64,000 nucleotides of DNA from an uncultured Actinomycetota bacterium. Its GTDB lineage: Bacteria; Actinomycetota; Actinomycetes; Mycobacteriales; CADCTP01. The DNA is taken from assembly GCA_963714145.1 (NCBI GenBank), contig OY970235.1:2961722-3025721 (forward strand), read 5' to 3'. Position numbers and translations under genes: made by a program. Under the pieces are notes generated by a model. The model saw only the letters and a list, made by a program, of their open reading frames with translations, had not been told where the DNA came from and ran no database searches. Shown here one piece after another: positions 8,518 through 17,049 of this stretch. Position 1 is the first letter of the stretch; each line of letters starts with the position of its first letter.

Positions 8518-11505
8518 TCAGTTCCAGTCGAGCGGGGCGATCGGGCGGCCGGCACCGGTCGGTGGGATACCCGCCTTGCCGAGCGCGTACGTCGCGATCA
8601 TGTGGAACAGCGGTGCGGCGACGGCGCCGCCGTGCAGGCCGCCCTTGGCGTCGTCCACCATGATCGCGATCGCGAACCGGGGCGCGCCGGCCGGCACCAC
8701 ACCGGCGAACGTGGCCCAGTAGCGGTCGGAGTAGCAGCCGCACTTCGGGTCCGGCTTCTGCGCCGTGCCGGTCTTGCCGGCCACCCCGTAGCCGTCGATC
8801 GCCGCGGTGGTGCCGGTGCCGCCGGTCTCGGTCACCGTCTCCAGCATCGACCGGACGGTCCGCGAGGTCGCCTGGCTGACCACCCGGGTCGGCTGCGGCG
8901 CGGCCGGTGCGCTCGTCCGGCCGTCCGGACCGGTCACCCCGGCGATGATCCGCGGCGGCACCCGCACCCCGTCGTTGCCGATCGCCTGGTACATCGAGGC
9001 CAACTGCAACGCGGTCATCGAGACACCCTGCCCGATCGGCAGGTTCCCGAACGTGCTGCCGGACCAGTCCGCCGGCTTCGGCAGCAGCCCGCCGCTCTCC
9101 CCGGGCAGCTGGACGCCGGTCCGGCTGCCGATGCCGAACCTGGTCAGGTAGTCGTAGAAGGCACTCGGGCCGACCTGCTTCGCGATCATCAGCGTGCCCA
9201 CATTGCTGGACTGCGCCAGCACCCCGGTCGCGGTCCACTTCGCCGGGCCGTGCACCCAGGCGTCGTGGATGACCCGGTCGGCCACCTGGATGCTGCCCGG
9301 CACGGTCAGGCGCGTGTCCGGCTTGATCACCCCGCGGTCCAGCGCGGCGGCGAACGTCACCACCTTGTTCGCCGACCCGGGTTCGAAGACGCTCTGCACG
9401 GCCGGGTTGCCGTACTGGCGCGGGTCCGGCATGGCCGGCTTGTGCGGGTCGACCACCGCGGCGGACGCCATCGCGAGCACCTGCCCGGTCCGCACGTCCA
9501 GCACCACCGCCTGCCCGTCCAGCGCGTGCGTCTGCCGGACCGCGTTGGTCAACGCCTGCTGCGCGGTGTACTGCAGGTCCTCGTCCAGGGTCAGCCGGAC
9601 GCTCGAACCGGGGACCGCCGGGGTCTCCCGCCGCTCGCCGCCCGGGATCTCCTCGCCGGCGCTGCCCGCCTCGGCCACGATCTCACCCGGCTTGCCGGAC
9701 AGCGTGTCGTTGTACTTCAACTCGATCCCGGCCAGGCCGGTGCCGTCCCGCCCGGTGAAGCCGAGGACGGCGGCGCCGGTGTTGCTCGGGTAGAGCCGCT
9801 GGGTGGTGTCCTCGGTGCTGATGCCGGGCAGCTTCAGCGCCACGATCCGGGCCGCGTTCGTCGGGGTCACGTCGCGGGCCAGCACCGAGTAGCGGGTGCC
9901 GGCCTTTCGCAGCTTCGGCTCCAGCGTCGCCGCCGGCTGGGCGAGCAGCGGCGCCAGCGCCGCCGCCGTCGCCTCCGCGTGGTCCCGGGCCAGCTTCGGG
10001 TCGGCGAACACCAGCCGGGACGCCACCGAGTACGCCAGCACCCGCCCGTCCCGGTCCACGATCCGGCCCCGGTCGGCCGGGATCACCGTCGCCTCCGCGT
10101 TCGGCTTGAGCGCCGCGTTCTCGTACTGCGGGCCGTCCAGCGCCTGCAACTGCACCAGCCGCCCGCCGAGCACCACCAGCAGCGTGCACATCGCCGCGAA
10201 CCCGGCCGTCAACCGCCGCCCCGGGTCGCCCAGCCGGACGATCCGCACCCCCGGCCGCCGCGGTGGCCGCCCGCCGCCACCACCGGCCCGCACCTGGCCC
10301 CGCGGGCGGCCCGCCGCCGGCGCCCGCCCACCCGCCGGCGCGGTTGCCCGGCCAGGCTGGCCGGACGCTGCCGCCGTGCGGCCGGAGCCGGCCACGCTCG
10401 CAGCCGCCACGGCTGCCGCCCGACCCGAGCCGGAGCCGCCGCGGCCCGAAGCTGCGGCCGTCTCTCGGTCCGACGCCACGGTCGGCGTCCGGCCCGAGGC
10501 CACGCCGGTACGGCCAGCGCCACTCGCTGACCGCCCCGAAGCCGCGGCCGCCCCTCGGTCCGACGCCACGGTCGACGTCCGGCCCGAGGCCACGGCGGTA
10601 CGGCCAGCACCGTTCTCTGACCGCCCTGAAGCCGCGGCCGTCCCTCGGTCCGATGCTGCGGTCGGCGTCCGGCCCGGGGCCACGTCGGTACGGCCAGCGC
10701 CACTCGCCGACCGCCCCGAAACCGCGGCCGTCCGGCCGGCGTCGGCGGTCGCCGCACGAGTTCCGCCGGACGACCGGCCAGCGCCGGTCGGTGCCGTGCT
10801 CCGAGCCGCGCCGGCGGCTGCACTTGCTGTGGACGTACGGCCGGAGCCGGCGGCCGCCGGCCGGGCGCCAGCGGGGACCGTGCTCGCCGCGGCCGCCCGA
10901 CCGCTGCCAGCGGTAGCGCGTCCGGCGCTGCTCGCCGGGCGGGCCGGAACCGACCGGCTGGGACCGGCGGCCGGCGCCGACCGCGTTCCGCCGAGCGAGC
11001 CGGCCGACGCGGTCGCGGCTGAGCCGGCCGACCTCGCCGCTGGACCCGCCGCACCGGCCGCTGCCGACGCGGTCGCGGCGCGGCCGGAGCCGTACTGACC
11101 AGCCGATCCGGCCGCCGTCCGGCCGCGGGCCGGTACACCGGCCCGCGCCGCGTCGATCCCGGCCGGGGTGGCCCGGCCCGCGGGCGCTGCCGTTCCGCGG
11201 GCGGGAGTCGCCGGCGCTCCGGCCGCACGCGGCCCGGTCGCCGCGCCGCTCGGGCCGCGGCCGGCAATGCCCGCCGCCCGGGCCGACCGCCCGCTGGTCG
11301 ACTGCCCGCCGGTCGACTGCCCGCTGGTCGACTGCCCGCTGGCCGGGCGCGCCGCGGGGATGGCTGCGCCGGTCCGACCGGTGGCCGGCCCGCTGCTGGC
11401 GGTACTCCGACCGGCCCGGACCGGATCGGCGCCGGTACGGGCGCGCGCGGCGGCGGCCGGCGTGCCGGCGGCGGAGCGGAAACGGGGGTCGGAGGTAGTC
11501 GTCAT
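8518..11505 (-). CDS. ftsI: FtsI/PbpB, class B penicillin-binding transpeptidase with a ~418-aa low-complexity cytoplasmic N-terminal extension
   Basis: Track ORF 8518..11505. It has a TM segment (LTAGFAAMCTLLVVLGG) and the transpeptidase motifs SANK, SSN and KTGT. ATG 11505 overlaps the stop of the upstream ftsL-like gene (ATGA), which supports the long N-terminus as genuine. Confidence 0.9.
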   Translation of the reverse strand: MTTTSDPRFRSAAGTPAAAARARTGADPVRAGRSTASSGPATGRTGAAIPAARPASGQSTSGQSTGGQSTSGRSARAAGIAGRGPSGAATGPRAAGAPATPARGTAAPAGRATPAGIDAARAGVPARGRTAAGSAGQYGSGRAATASAAAGAAGPAARSAGSAATASAGSLGGTRSAPAAGPSRSVPARPASSAGRATAGSGRAAAASTVPAGARPAAAGSGRTSTASAAAGAARSTAPTGAGRSSGGTRAATADAGRTAAVSGRSASGAGRTDVAPGRTPTAASDRGTAAASGRSENGAGRTAVASGRTSTVASDRGAAAASGRSASGAGRTGVASGRTPTVASDRETAAASGRGGSGSGRAAAVAAASVAGSGRTAAASGQPGRATAPAGGRAPAAGRPRGQVRAGGGGGRPPRRPGVRIVRLGDPGRRLTAGFAAMCTLLVVLGGRLVQLQALDGPQYENAALKPNAEATVIPADRGRIVDRDGRVLAYSVASRLVFADPKLARDHAEATAAALAPLLAQPAATLEPKLRKAGTRYSVLARDVTPTNAARIVALKLPGISTEDTTQRLYPSNTGAAVLGFTGRDGTGLAGIELKYNDTLSGKPGEIVAEAGSAGEEIPGGERRETPAVPGSSVRLTLDEDLQYTAQQALTNAVRQTHALDGQAVVLDVRTGQVLAMASAAVVDPHKPAMPDPRQYGNPAVQSVFEPGSANKVVTFAAALDRGVIKPDTRLTVPGSIQVADRVIHDAWVHGPAKWTATGVLAQSSNVGTLMIAKQVGPSAFYDYLTRFGIGSRTGVQLPGESGGLLPKPADWSGSTFGNLPIGQGVSMTALQLASMYQAIGNDGVRVPPRIIAGVTGPDGRTSAPAAPQPTRVVSQATSRTVRSMLETVTETGGTGTTAAIDGYGVAGKTGTAQKPDPKCGCYSDRYWATFAGVVPAGAPRFAIAIMVDDAKGGLHGGAVAAPLFHMIATYALGKAGIPPTGAGRPIAPLDWN
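10451..10720. repeat. 90-bp tandem repeat x3 inside the ftsI 5' region
   Basis: Unit heads (gcYgcggccgNcYctcggtccga) occur at 10451, 10541 and 10631, with a partial fourth at 10721. The repeat encodes ~30-aa units such as GRSASGAGRT.VA.GRT.T.ASDR..AAAS. Confidence 0.9.
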
Positions 11506-12920
11506 CGGTGCTGTCCCGGGGTAGGCGTCTGGGTGGGGTTTGGCTGGTTCGCCGGGTCCGGCTGCTGGCCCGGCAGCGGCTGGTTGCCCGGCAGCGCCGC
11601 GGTGGGCGTCGGGGACGGCGTCGGCGGCGGGGGTGGTGCGGTGGCCGGCACCGCGGTCCCGGCGATGCGCGCCCGGCCGTCCTTGTCGATGATCAGGAAG
11701 CCACGCTGCCCGCTCGGGACGAGCCCGAGCCGGCTGGCCGCACTGGCCAGTGCCCCGGGCGCCTCCAGCGCCGAGATCTCCCGGGCCAGTTCCTGCTCGC
11801 GCAGCGAGAGATCGCTGTTCTGCTTCTGCAGCCGCCGCTGTGCGAACGAGTTCGCCGCCAGCACCGAGTTGAGCAGCAGCAGCGCGATCAGCCCGAGGCC
11901 GAGCACCCCGACCATCAGCACCACGAACGGCGTGCGCGGCGCCGACGACCGGGACCCGCCGACCAGGCTGACCAGCGGCCCACCCGGCACCGCACCGTCC
12001 AGCTGCGACGCCGCGGCCCGGCCCCGGCCGGCGCCGGCCGCACTGTCCGCCCGCGCCGCCGGCCCGGTCGGCTCGCCGGCACCCGCCACGGCCGCCGCCC
12101 GGCGCCGGCCACCGGCCGGCACCGACCCACCGTCCGCCGCCGGCGCGGACACTCGCCGGGCCCGCGAACCGTCCGGCCGGCCGACCCCGGGGTCGCCACG
12201 CCGGGACCGGCGCGGCGCTGCCGCCGGCTCCGGCTCGATGCCAGCCTCGACCGGCGACCGCCGAACAGCGCCGGACACCGCCGCCCCGTCCGCGTCCGCC
12301 GCCGGCATGCGCCGCCGGGCCCGCGAACCCACGCCGTCCGGTAGTTGCCCGTCGGCGGGCGGACGGCGGGGCGCCGGAACCGGGTCGCTGTCGACCGGCC
12401 GCCGCCGGGGTGACCGGGTGGCGGCGGTCCGCCCGCGGGTCGCGTCGCCGGGCCGGCCGGAATCCCGCTCGGCCGCGCCGGCCGGCTCGCGCCGACCCGG
12501 GACGTCCACGGGTGGTCGCCGCCCGGCACGCCGGGCGGCGGAGGCCGACTCCGGCTCCGGCCGGGCAGCCGGCTCGGTGGCCCGGCGCCGGCCCGGCGAA
12601 CCAGCGGCGGGCACCTGGCCGGGCGGTTCGGTACGGGCAGGTTCGCGGCCGGCTGCCTGGCCACCAGTTGCCCCGTCCGGCCCCGCGGTCCGCTGGCGGC
12701 CGGCAGCCGGCGCGCGCCGGGCGGCGGTCGGGTCGGTCGGCCGGCCGGTCCGGGTGGCCGCGGCCGGTGGCTGGGCACGGTGGTCCGGCGCCGGGGTGTT
12801 CGCGCCGGGCCGGACGGTGGCGGGATCGCGTCCGGCGGCGGCGCTCATGCCCGTACCCCGCTGCCGTCCAGCCCTCGTCCCGTGGACCGTCCCGCCGTCG
12901 CCACCGACCGCCCCGGCCAC
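11502..12920 (-). CDS. FtsL-like septation protein (single TM plus coiled coil) with a long Arg/Ala/Pro-rich N-terminus
   Basis: Track ORF 11502..12920. A TM segment (FVVLMVGVLGLGLIALLLL) is followed by QRRLQKQNSDLSLREQELAREISALE. Its position between rsmH and ftsI is canonical for ftsL. In-frame ATG 12848 is an alternative start. Confidence 0.7.
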   Translation of the reverse strand: MAGAVGGDGGTVHGTRAGRQRGTGMSAAAGRDPATVRPGANTPAPDHRAQPPAAATRTGRPTDPTAARRAPAAGRQRTAGPDGATGGQAAGREPARTEPPGQVPAAGSPGRRRATEPAARPEPESASAARRAGRRPPVDVPGRREPAGAAERDSGRPGDATRGRTAATRSPRRRPVDSDPVPAPRRPPADGQLPDGVGSRARRRMPAADADGAAVSGAVRRSPVEAGIEPEPAAAPRRSRRGDPGVGRPDGSRARRVSAPAADGGSVPAGGRRRAAAVAGAGEPTGPAARADSAAGAGRGRAAASQLDGAVPGGPLVSLVGGSRSSAPRTPFVVLMVGVLGLGLIALLLLNSVLAANSFAQRRLQKQNSDLSLREQELAREISALEAPGALASAASRLGLVPSGQRGFLIIDKDGRARIAGTAVPATAPPPPPTPSPTPTAALPGNQPLPGQQPDPANQPNPTQTPTPGQHR

Positions 12921-13083
12921 CTGCCGGCCGGAGCCGGACCGACCGGCCGGGCCGGCCGCGTCCCGCTCCTGCCGGCTCCGCCCCGGTGGCCGCCCCGGGC
13001 AGGGCGGGCGGCGCGCTGGTCAGCGTCCGGACCCGGCCCGAGGCGCCACGCGCGCTGGGTCATTGGCTCGCTCGCGAGCTCGC

Positions 13084-14043
13084 TCATGCCGCGCCCCCGG
13101 CGATCCGGATGCGCTCAGCCGCGCGGAGCCGGGCCGAGGCGGACCTCGGGTTGGCGGCGAGCTCCGCGTCGGTCGGGGCCTCGGCGCCGCGGGTGAGCAG
13201 GCGCAGTTCCGGGCCGTGCCCGGGCAGGGGCACCGGCAGGCCGGGCGGGGTGGTGTCCCGGGCGCGGTCGGTGAGGGCCTGCTTGACCAGCCGGTCCTCG
13301 AGCGACTGGTAGCTGAGCACGACGATGCGGCCACCGAGGCGGAGCGCCTCGATGGCGGCCGGCAGCGCGCCGCGCAGCGCGTCCAGCTCGTGGTTGACCT
13401 CGATCCGCAGCGCCTGGAAGGTCCGCTTGGCCGGGTGCCCCCCGGTGCGCCGGGTCGCCGCCGGGATCGAGTCGCGGACCAGCTCGGCCAGCCGCGCCGT
13501 GGACGTGAACGGCGCCCTGGCCCGCTCCCGGACGATCGCCGCGGCGATCCGGCCGGCGAACCGCTCCTCGCCGTATTCCCGCAGCACCCGGGCCAGCTGC
13601 CCGGCCGGGTATTCGTTCACCACGTCGGCGGCGGTCGGCCCGGTGGTCGGGTCCATCCGCATGTCCAGCGGCGCGTCCTGAGCGTACGCGAAGCCGCGCC
13701 GCGCCTCGTCCAGCTGGAGCGAGGAGACGCCGAGGTCGAACAGCACCCCGTCGACACCGGTCAGGCCCAGCCCGGCGAGCACGTCCGGCAGCTCGTCGTA
13801 GACCGCGTGCACCAGCCGCAGCCGGTCCGCGTACGGCTCCAGCCGGGCCCCGCCACGGCGCAGCGCCTCCGGGTCGCGGTCCAGGCCGACCAGGGTCAGC
13901 TCCGGGTGCGCGGCGAGCAGCGCCTCGGCGTGCCCGCCAAGGCCGAGGGTCGCGTCGACGACCACCGCCGGGTGGTCGACCACCGCGGGGGCCAGCAGGC
14001 CGAGGACCCGCTCGGTCAGCACCGGGACGTGGCCGCTCGCCAT
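13084..14043 (-). CDS. rsmH: RsmH (MraW), 16S rRNA m4C1402 methyltransferase
   Basis: This is the 3' 319 codons of track ORF 13084..14193. Motifs: [38 protein letters not shown] chose ATG 14043 because the longer ORF only adds Gly/Arg-rich sequence. Confidence 0.9.
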   Translation of the reverse strand: MASGHVPVLTERVLGLLAPAVVDHPAVVVDATLGLGGHAEALLAAHPELTLVGLDRDPEALRRGGARLEPYADRLRLVHAVYDELPDVLAGLGLTGVDGVLFDLGVSSLQLDEARRGFAYAQDAPLDMRMDPTTGPTAADVVNEYPAGQLARVLREYGEERFAGRIAAAIVRERARAPFTSTARLAELVRDSIPAATRRTGGHPAKRTFQALRIEVNHELDALRGALPAAIEALRLGGRIVVLSYQSLEDRLVKQALTDRARDTTPPGLPVPLPGHGPELRLLTRGAEAPTDAELAANPRSASARLRAAERIRIAGGAA

Positions 14044-14311
14044 CACGGACCCCCTCTCGACTCCTCGATATCGCCGGCGTGTCGCCCCCCGCGAGGCGGC
14101 CTCGAGGACGAGCGCAGGGCCCGCCCCGTACCTGCTGCTTGATCTCCCGCCCGTACCGCCAGGTCCCCGCCCGCTCCCCCGCGGACCGCTCACCTGGCAC
14201 CGGGGAAGGTGCGCCAGGGTGGCGGTCCAGCGTTTCCGCGCCGCTGGTGCGTCACGCGGAGCGGGAGGAGACCTCGCCGTACGGACAGCTCCGTGCCTCG
14301 ATCCGAGCCGG

Positions 14312-14743
14312 TCAGAGCACCCCGGGCAGCACCTCCTCCTCCAGGTCGGCGAACGCCTGCTCCCGGTCGGCCAGGTAGGTCTCCCAGGCGGCGGTGTCCC
14401 AGATCTCCAGCCGCGTGTTCGCGCCGATGACCACGCAGTCCTTGGTCAGCCCGGCGTACTGGCGCAACTGGGTCGGGATGGTGACGCGGCCCTGCCGATC
14501 CGGGATCTCGTGCGAGGCGCTGGCGAAGAAGACCCGGCTGTAGTCACGCACTGTCTTCTGGGTGACCGGCGCCTGTGACAGCGCCTCGGTGACCCGACGG
14601 AACTCCTGGATCGGGAACACGAACAGACAGCGTTCCTGCCCTTTCGTGATCACGAGCCCCTCCGCCAACTCGTCCCGGAACCGGGCCGGCAGGAAGAGCC
14701 GGCCCTTCTCGTCGAGCCGGGGCGAGTGCGTACCGAGAAACAC
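14312..14743 (-). CDS. mraZ: MraZ, dcw-cluster transcriptional regulator
   Basis: This is the last 143 codons of track ORF 14312..15049: [26 protein letters not shown]...[15 protein letters not shown] (two SpoVT/AbrB-like halves). GTG 14741-14743 gives the canonical 143-aa length. Confidence 0.92.
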   Translation of the reverse strand: MFLGTHSPRLDEKGRLFLPARFRDELAEGLVITKGQERCLFVFPIQEFRRVTEALSQAPVTQKTVRDYSRVFFASASHEIPDRQGRVTIPTQLRQYAGLTKDCVVIGANTRLEIWDTAAWETYLADREQAFADLEEEVLPGVL

Positions 14744-14790
14744 CCGGCACCACCTCCGCTCGACCCGGTGGCCACGACCCCCCGTCGTTC

Positions 14791-14830
14791 TCCACCGCGC
14801 GCCACCATACCCCACTTTCCCCCACCCACA
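14791..14830 (-). promoter_or_regulatory. Candidate MraZ operator: GTGGN boxes at exact 10-bp phasing, ending 48 nt upstream of the mraZ start
   Basis: The minus-strand sense reads TGTGG GTGGG ggaaa GTGGG gtatg GTGGC gcgcg GTGGA. On the plus strand, CCAC occurs at 14792, 14802, 14812 and 14822. The 5-nt box plus 5-nt spacer layout matches the direct repeats reported for E. coli MraZ. Confidence 0.55.
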
Positions 14831-15056
14831 ACCGTGAAATCGCCTCCCGCGCTCCACTTGGTGCCCATTCGCGCAGGTCAGCAGGTGGAGCCGCAGTGGG
14901 GCGCCGCCACGCCCCCCGCCGTCGAATTGAGTGCCCCCACTCCGCTCCACCGCCGGCACCGGCCCAGTACTGCCGGAACTGACAGCCCGAGTGGGGAAAC
15001 GTGGAGCGAATGACGGGCCCCGGACGCCGGGCAACGACACCCAACCCACCGCCGAC

Positions 15057-15330
15057 GGCTTCGCCTCGCGGGTGACGGCTCCGCCCCGCAGGTGGCGGCT
15101 CCGCGTCCCGGGTGGCGGCTTCGCCCCGCGGGTGACGGCTCCGCCTCGCAGGTGGTGGCTTTGTGTCCCGGGTGAGGGCTGAGCGCCATCACCGGCGTAC
15201 CCGTACTCGTCACCGACCAGCGGTCGACGTCACCGACGCACCGAAGCCGTCACCCGCACCCGCGACGGCATCACCACCGGGCGAAAGTCATCACTCGCCT
15301 GCGGAAAGCGTCACCACAAGGCGGGAGCCG
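15057..15330. repeat. Thirteen 20-bp-phased units in two opposed arrays (6 x GGTGR, then 7 x TCAC(C)), dyad centre near 15182
   Basis: GGTG occurs at 15071, 15091, 15111, 15131, 15151 and 15171 (exactly 20 bp apart; the units form two 60-bp super-repeats). TCAC occurs at 15189, 15210, 15230, 15250, 15271, 15291 and 15311. The array lies in the intergenic region between the small CDS 15603-15845 and mraZ. Confidence 0.85.
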
Positions 15331-15553
15331 CGCAGGCCGATGCAATCGCGCGCGGGCGGGCAACCGCACCCGCGCCGGACGGCGTCATCCAGGGCGGGCC
15401 GAACCATCGACCGCCGCTCGGCCCATCCGGCCGCACAGCCCGTCCGGCCGCGCTCCCGCGGCCACGCGAGTGCCGCACGCGCCTCGGCCGGCGCAACAGA
15501 GAACCGGGGGTTTCGGGTGGGCAACTCTCGGGAAGAGGTTGAGACCAAATGGC

Positions 15554-15579
15554 GCGGGGCCGGCACTGGCCGGCCCCGC
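15554..15579 (-). terminator. Perfect 11-bp GC hairpin (gcggggccggc-actg-gccggccccgc) 24 nt downstream of the 15603 stop
   Basis: Stem 15554-15564 pairs with 15569-15579 around a 4-nt loop. On the minus strand it is followed by CCATTTGGTCTC, which is only a weak U-tract. Confidence 0.55.
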
Positions 15580-15602
15580 AGGGAGTGCGTGTTGTGTCGG
15601 TC

Positions 15603-15845
15603 TTAGGCTCTTGCGGTGCCCTCGACGCTTACGGAGGCGACTGCACCCTTCCGGTTGGCCCGAACCCGGACGGGCGTATCCGGCGCGAGTCCGGCGGCCA
15701 TGGCCTGCCGCAGGAAGCCAGCAAGTTCGTCCAGGGTCATACCATCCCGAAGCTCAGCAGTTGCGGTAATCGTGCGCCGCGTGGTGACCTCGAGCCCACC
15801 GGAGTTGGCGGGCACGACGGAACCAGTCCGATCAGCGGCGGACAT
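15603..15845 (-). CDS. Small hypothetical protein (80 aa)
   Basis: ATG 15845 within track ORF 15603..15917 is preceded by GGAGGAG with a 6-nt spacer. The product is MSAADRTGSVVPANSGGLEVTTRRTITATAELRDGMTLDELAGFLRQAMAAGL.... It has its own hairpin terminator. I recognise no family. Confidence 0.6.
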   Translation of the reverse strand: MSAADRTGSVVPANSGGLEVTTRRTITATAELRDGMTLDELAGFLRQAMAAGLAPDTPVRVRANRKGAVASVSVEGTARA

Positions 15846-16059
15846 GTGTTCTCCTCCAGGTGAGTGCCGAACTGGGTGCGCGACGTGCGCCGCGCCGGCA
15901 CCTTGCCGCGCGGTCACGCTGTGGTCGCCGCGTCAGTCCAGGCGAGGTGGTGCGGGTGTGCCGCGTCGTAGCTGGCGTGCGTCCCGGTGGCCATCTCGCA
16001 GTCAGGATCCCGGCGGCCGCGGAATCGGTCAAGCCGGCTGGCCGCTGCCGGCGTCCGGT

Positions 16060-17049
16060 TCAGGCTCGAAGTACCCCGACGACCGTATGCCGGAACCGTT
16101 CGGGCACCACCCGGTCGACTACCAGCCGGTCCAGCCACTGGCCGGCAGCCTCCAGACCGCGCCAGGGCACCCGGCGGGCCAGCTCGCGGCGCCGGCCGTG
16201 GGTCACGTACGAGGCGGTCAGCACCAGGGTGGAGAGCAGGTCCGCAGTGGTCAGGGCGGCCTCCGCGAACCCGGCGGCGCGGGCCGTGGCGGCCAGCCCG
16301 GCCGGGGTGAAGACGTGCAGGTTCGCGGCCATCGAGGCGACCTCCCAGAAGTCCTCCTCGGCGGTCAGCGGCCGGCGCAGCGCCGTGAGCAGGCCACCGA
16401 CCAGCGGGGTCGCGGCCCGTTCGACGGCCGGGGTCGGCTCAGACGTGATCACCACCGCACCGCCCGGCCGCAGCACCCGGCGCCACTCGGCGAGCGCCGC
16501 CGGCACGTCCGGCAGGTGATGCAGGACACCCCGGCTGACCACGATGTCCACGCTGCCGGCGGCCAGCGGCAGCCGGGTCGCGTCGGCCTGCAGCAGCGGC
16601 CAGGCACCGGCTGCCCGGGCCCGCCCCAGCATCCCGCCGGACAGATCCACCCCGAGCACCGCATACTCCCCGCCGCCCCGGCCGGCGCCGCCCGCCTGAC
16701 CACCGGCTCGCCGGCCGGCCTCGCCGCGCCAGCCGCGCTCGCGAAGCCGACCGGCCTCGCCGAGCCGGCCGCCCTCGCCGAGCCAGCTGCGCCAGCCGGG
16801 CGGCCGGACGCCCCGGCGGGCGGCGGGCTGGGCCGCGCGGCGCAGGCCGGCGGCCTGCCAGCCGGTGCCGCAGCCCGGGTCCAGGACGATCTCGCCGGGG
16901 CGCAGCGGGCGGCCGAGCAGCCGCTGCACCTCGGCCCGCGCCTGCCGGGCGGATCGGGCGTCATGCACGATTGCGAACCGCTCGTCGTAGTAAGCGCATT
17001 CGTGGTCGTGGAACACCCGGTTTACCCGTACCGCCTCGGCGGCGTCCAT
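16060..17049 (-). CDS. Class I SAM-dependent methyltransferase with a repeat insertion after motif I
   Basis: Track ORF 16060..17127; I chose ATG 17049 (MDAAEAVRVNRVF...). Motif I is VLDPGCGTG, followed later by VLGVDLSGGML...VDIVVSRGVLHHL...RVLRPGG. Confidence 0.75.
   Translation of the reverse strand: MDAAEAVRVNRVFHDHECAYYDERFAIVHDARSARQARAEVQRLLGRPLRPGEIVLDPGCGTGWQAAGLRRAAQPAARRGVRPPGWRSWLGEGGRLGEAGRLRERGWRGEAGRRAGGQAGGAGRGGGEYAVLGVDLSGGMLGRARAAGAWPLLQADATRLPLAAGSVDIVVSRGVLHHLPDVPAALAEWRRVLRPGGAVVITSEPTPAVERAATPLVGGLLTALRRPLTAEEDFWEVASMAANLHVFTPAGLAATARAAGFAEAALTTADLLSTLVLTASYVTHGRRRELARRVPWRGLEAAGQWLDRLVVDRVVPERFRHTVVGVLRA

Noticed and set aside
7648-10530. Very long ORFs opposite to, or out of frame with, recognised genes. 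Examples are 7648..10530 (+, 960 aa), 17254..20013 (-, 919 aa), 29623..32310 (+, 895 aa), 33939..35843 (-, 634 aa), 55927..58410 (+, 827 aa) and 61612..63540 (+, 642 aa).
   Set aside because: All are Arg/Pro/Gly/Ala-rich with no recognisable motifs. Each fully overlaps genes that have clear family signatures on the other strand or in another frame. Stop-free alternate frames are expected at this GC content.
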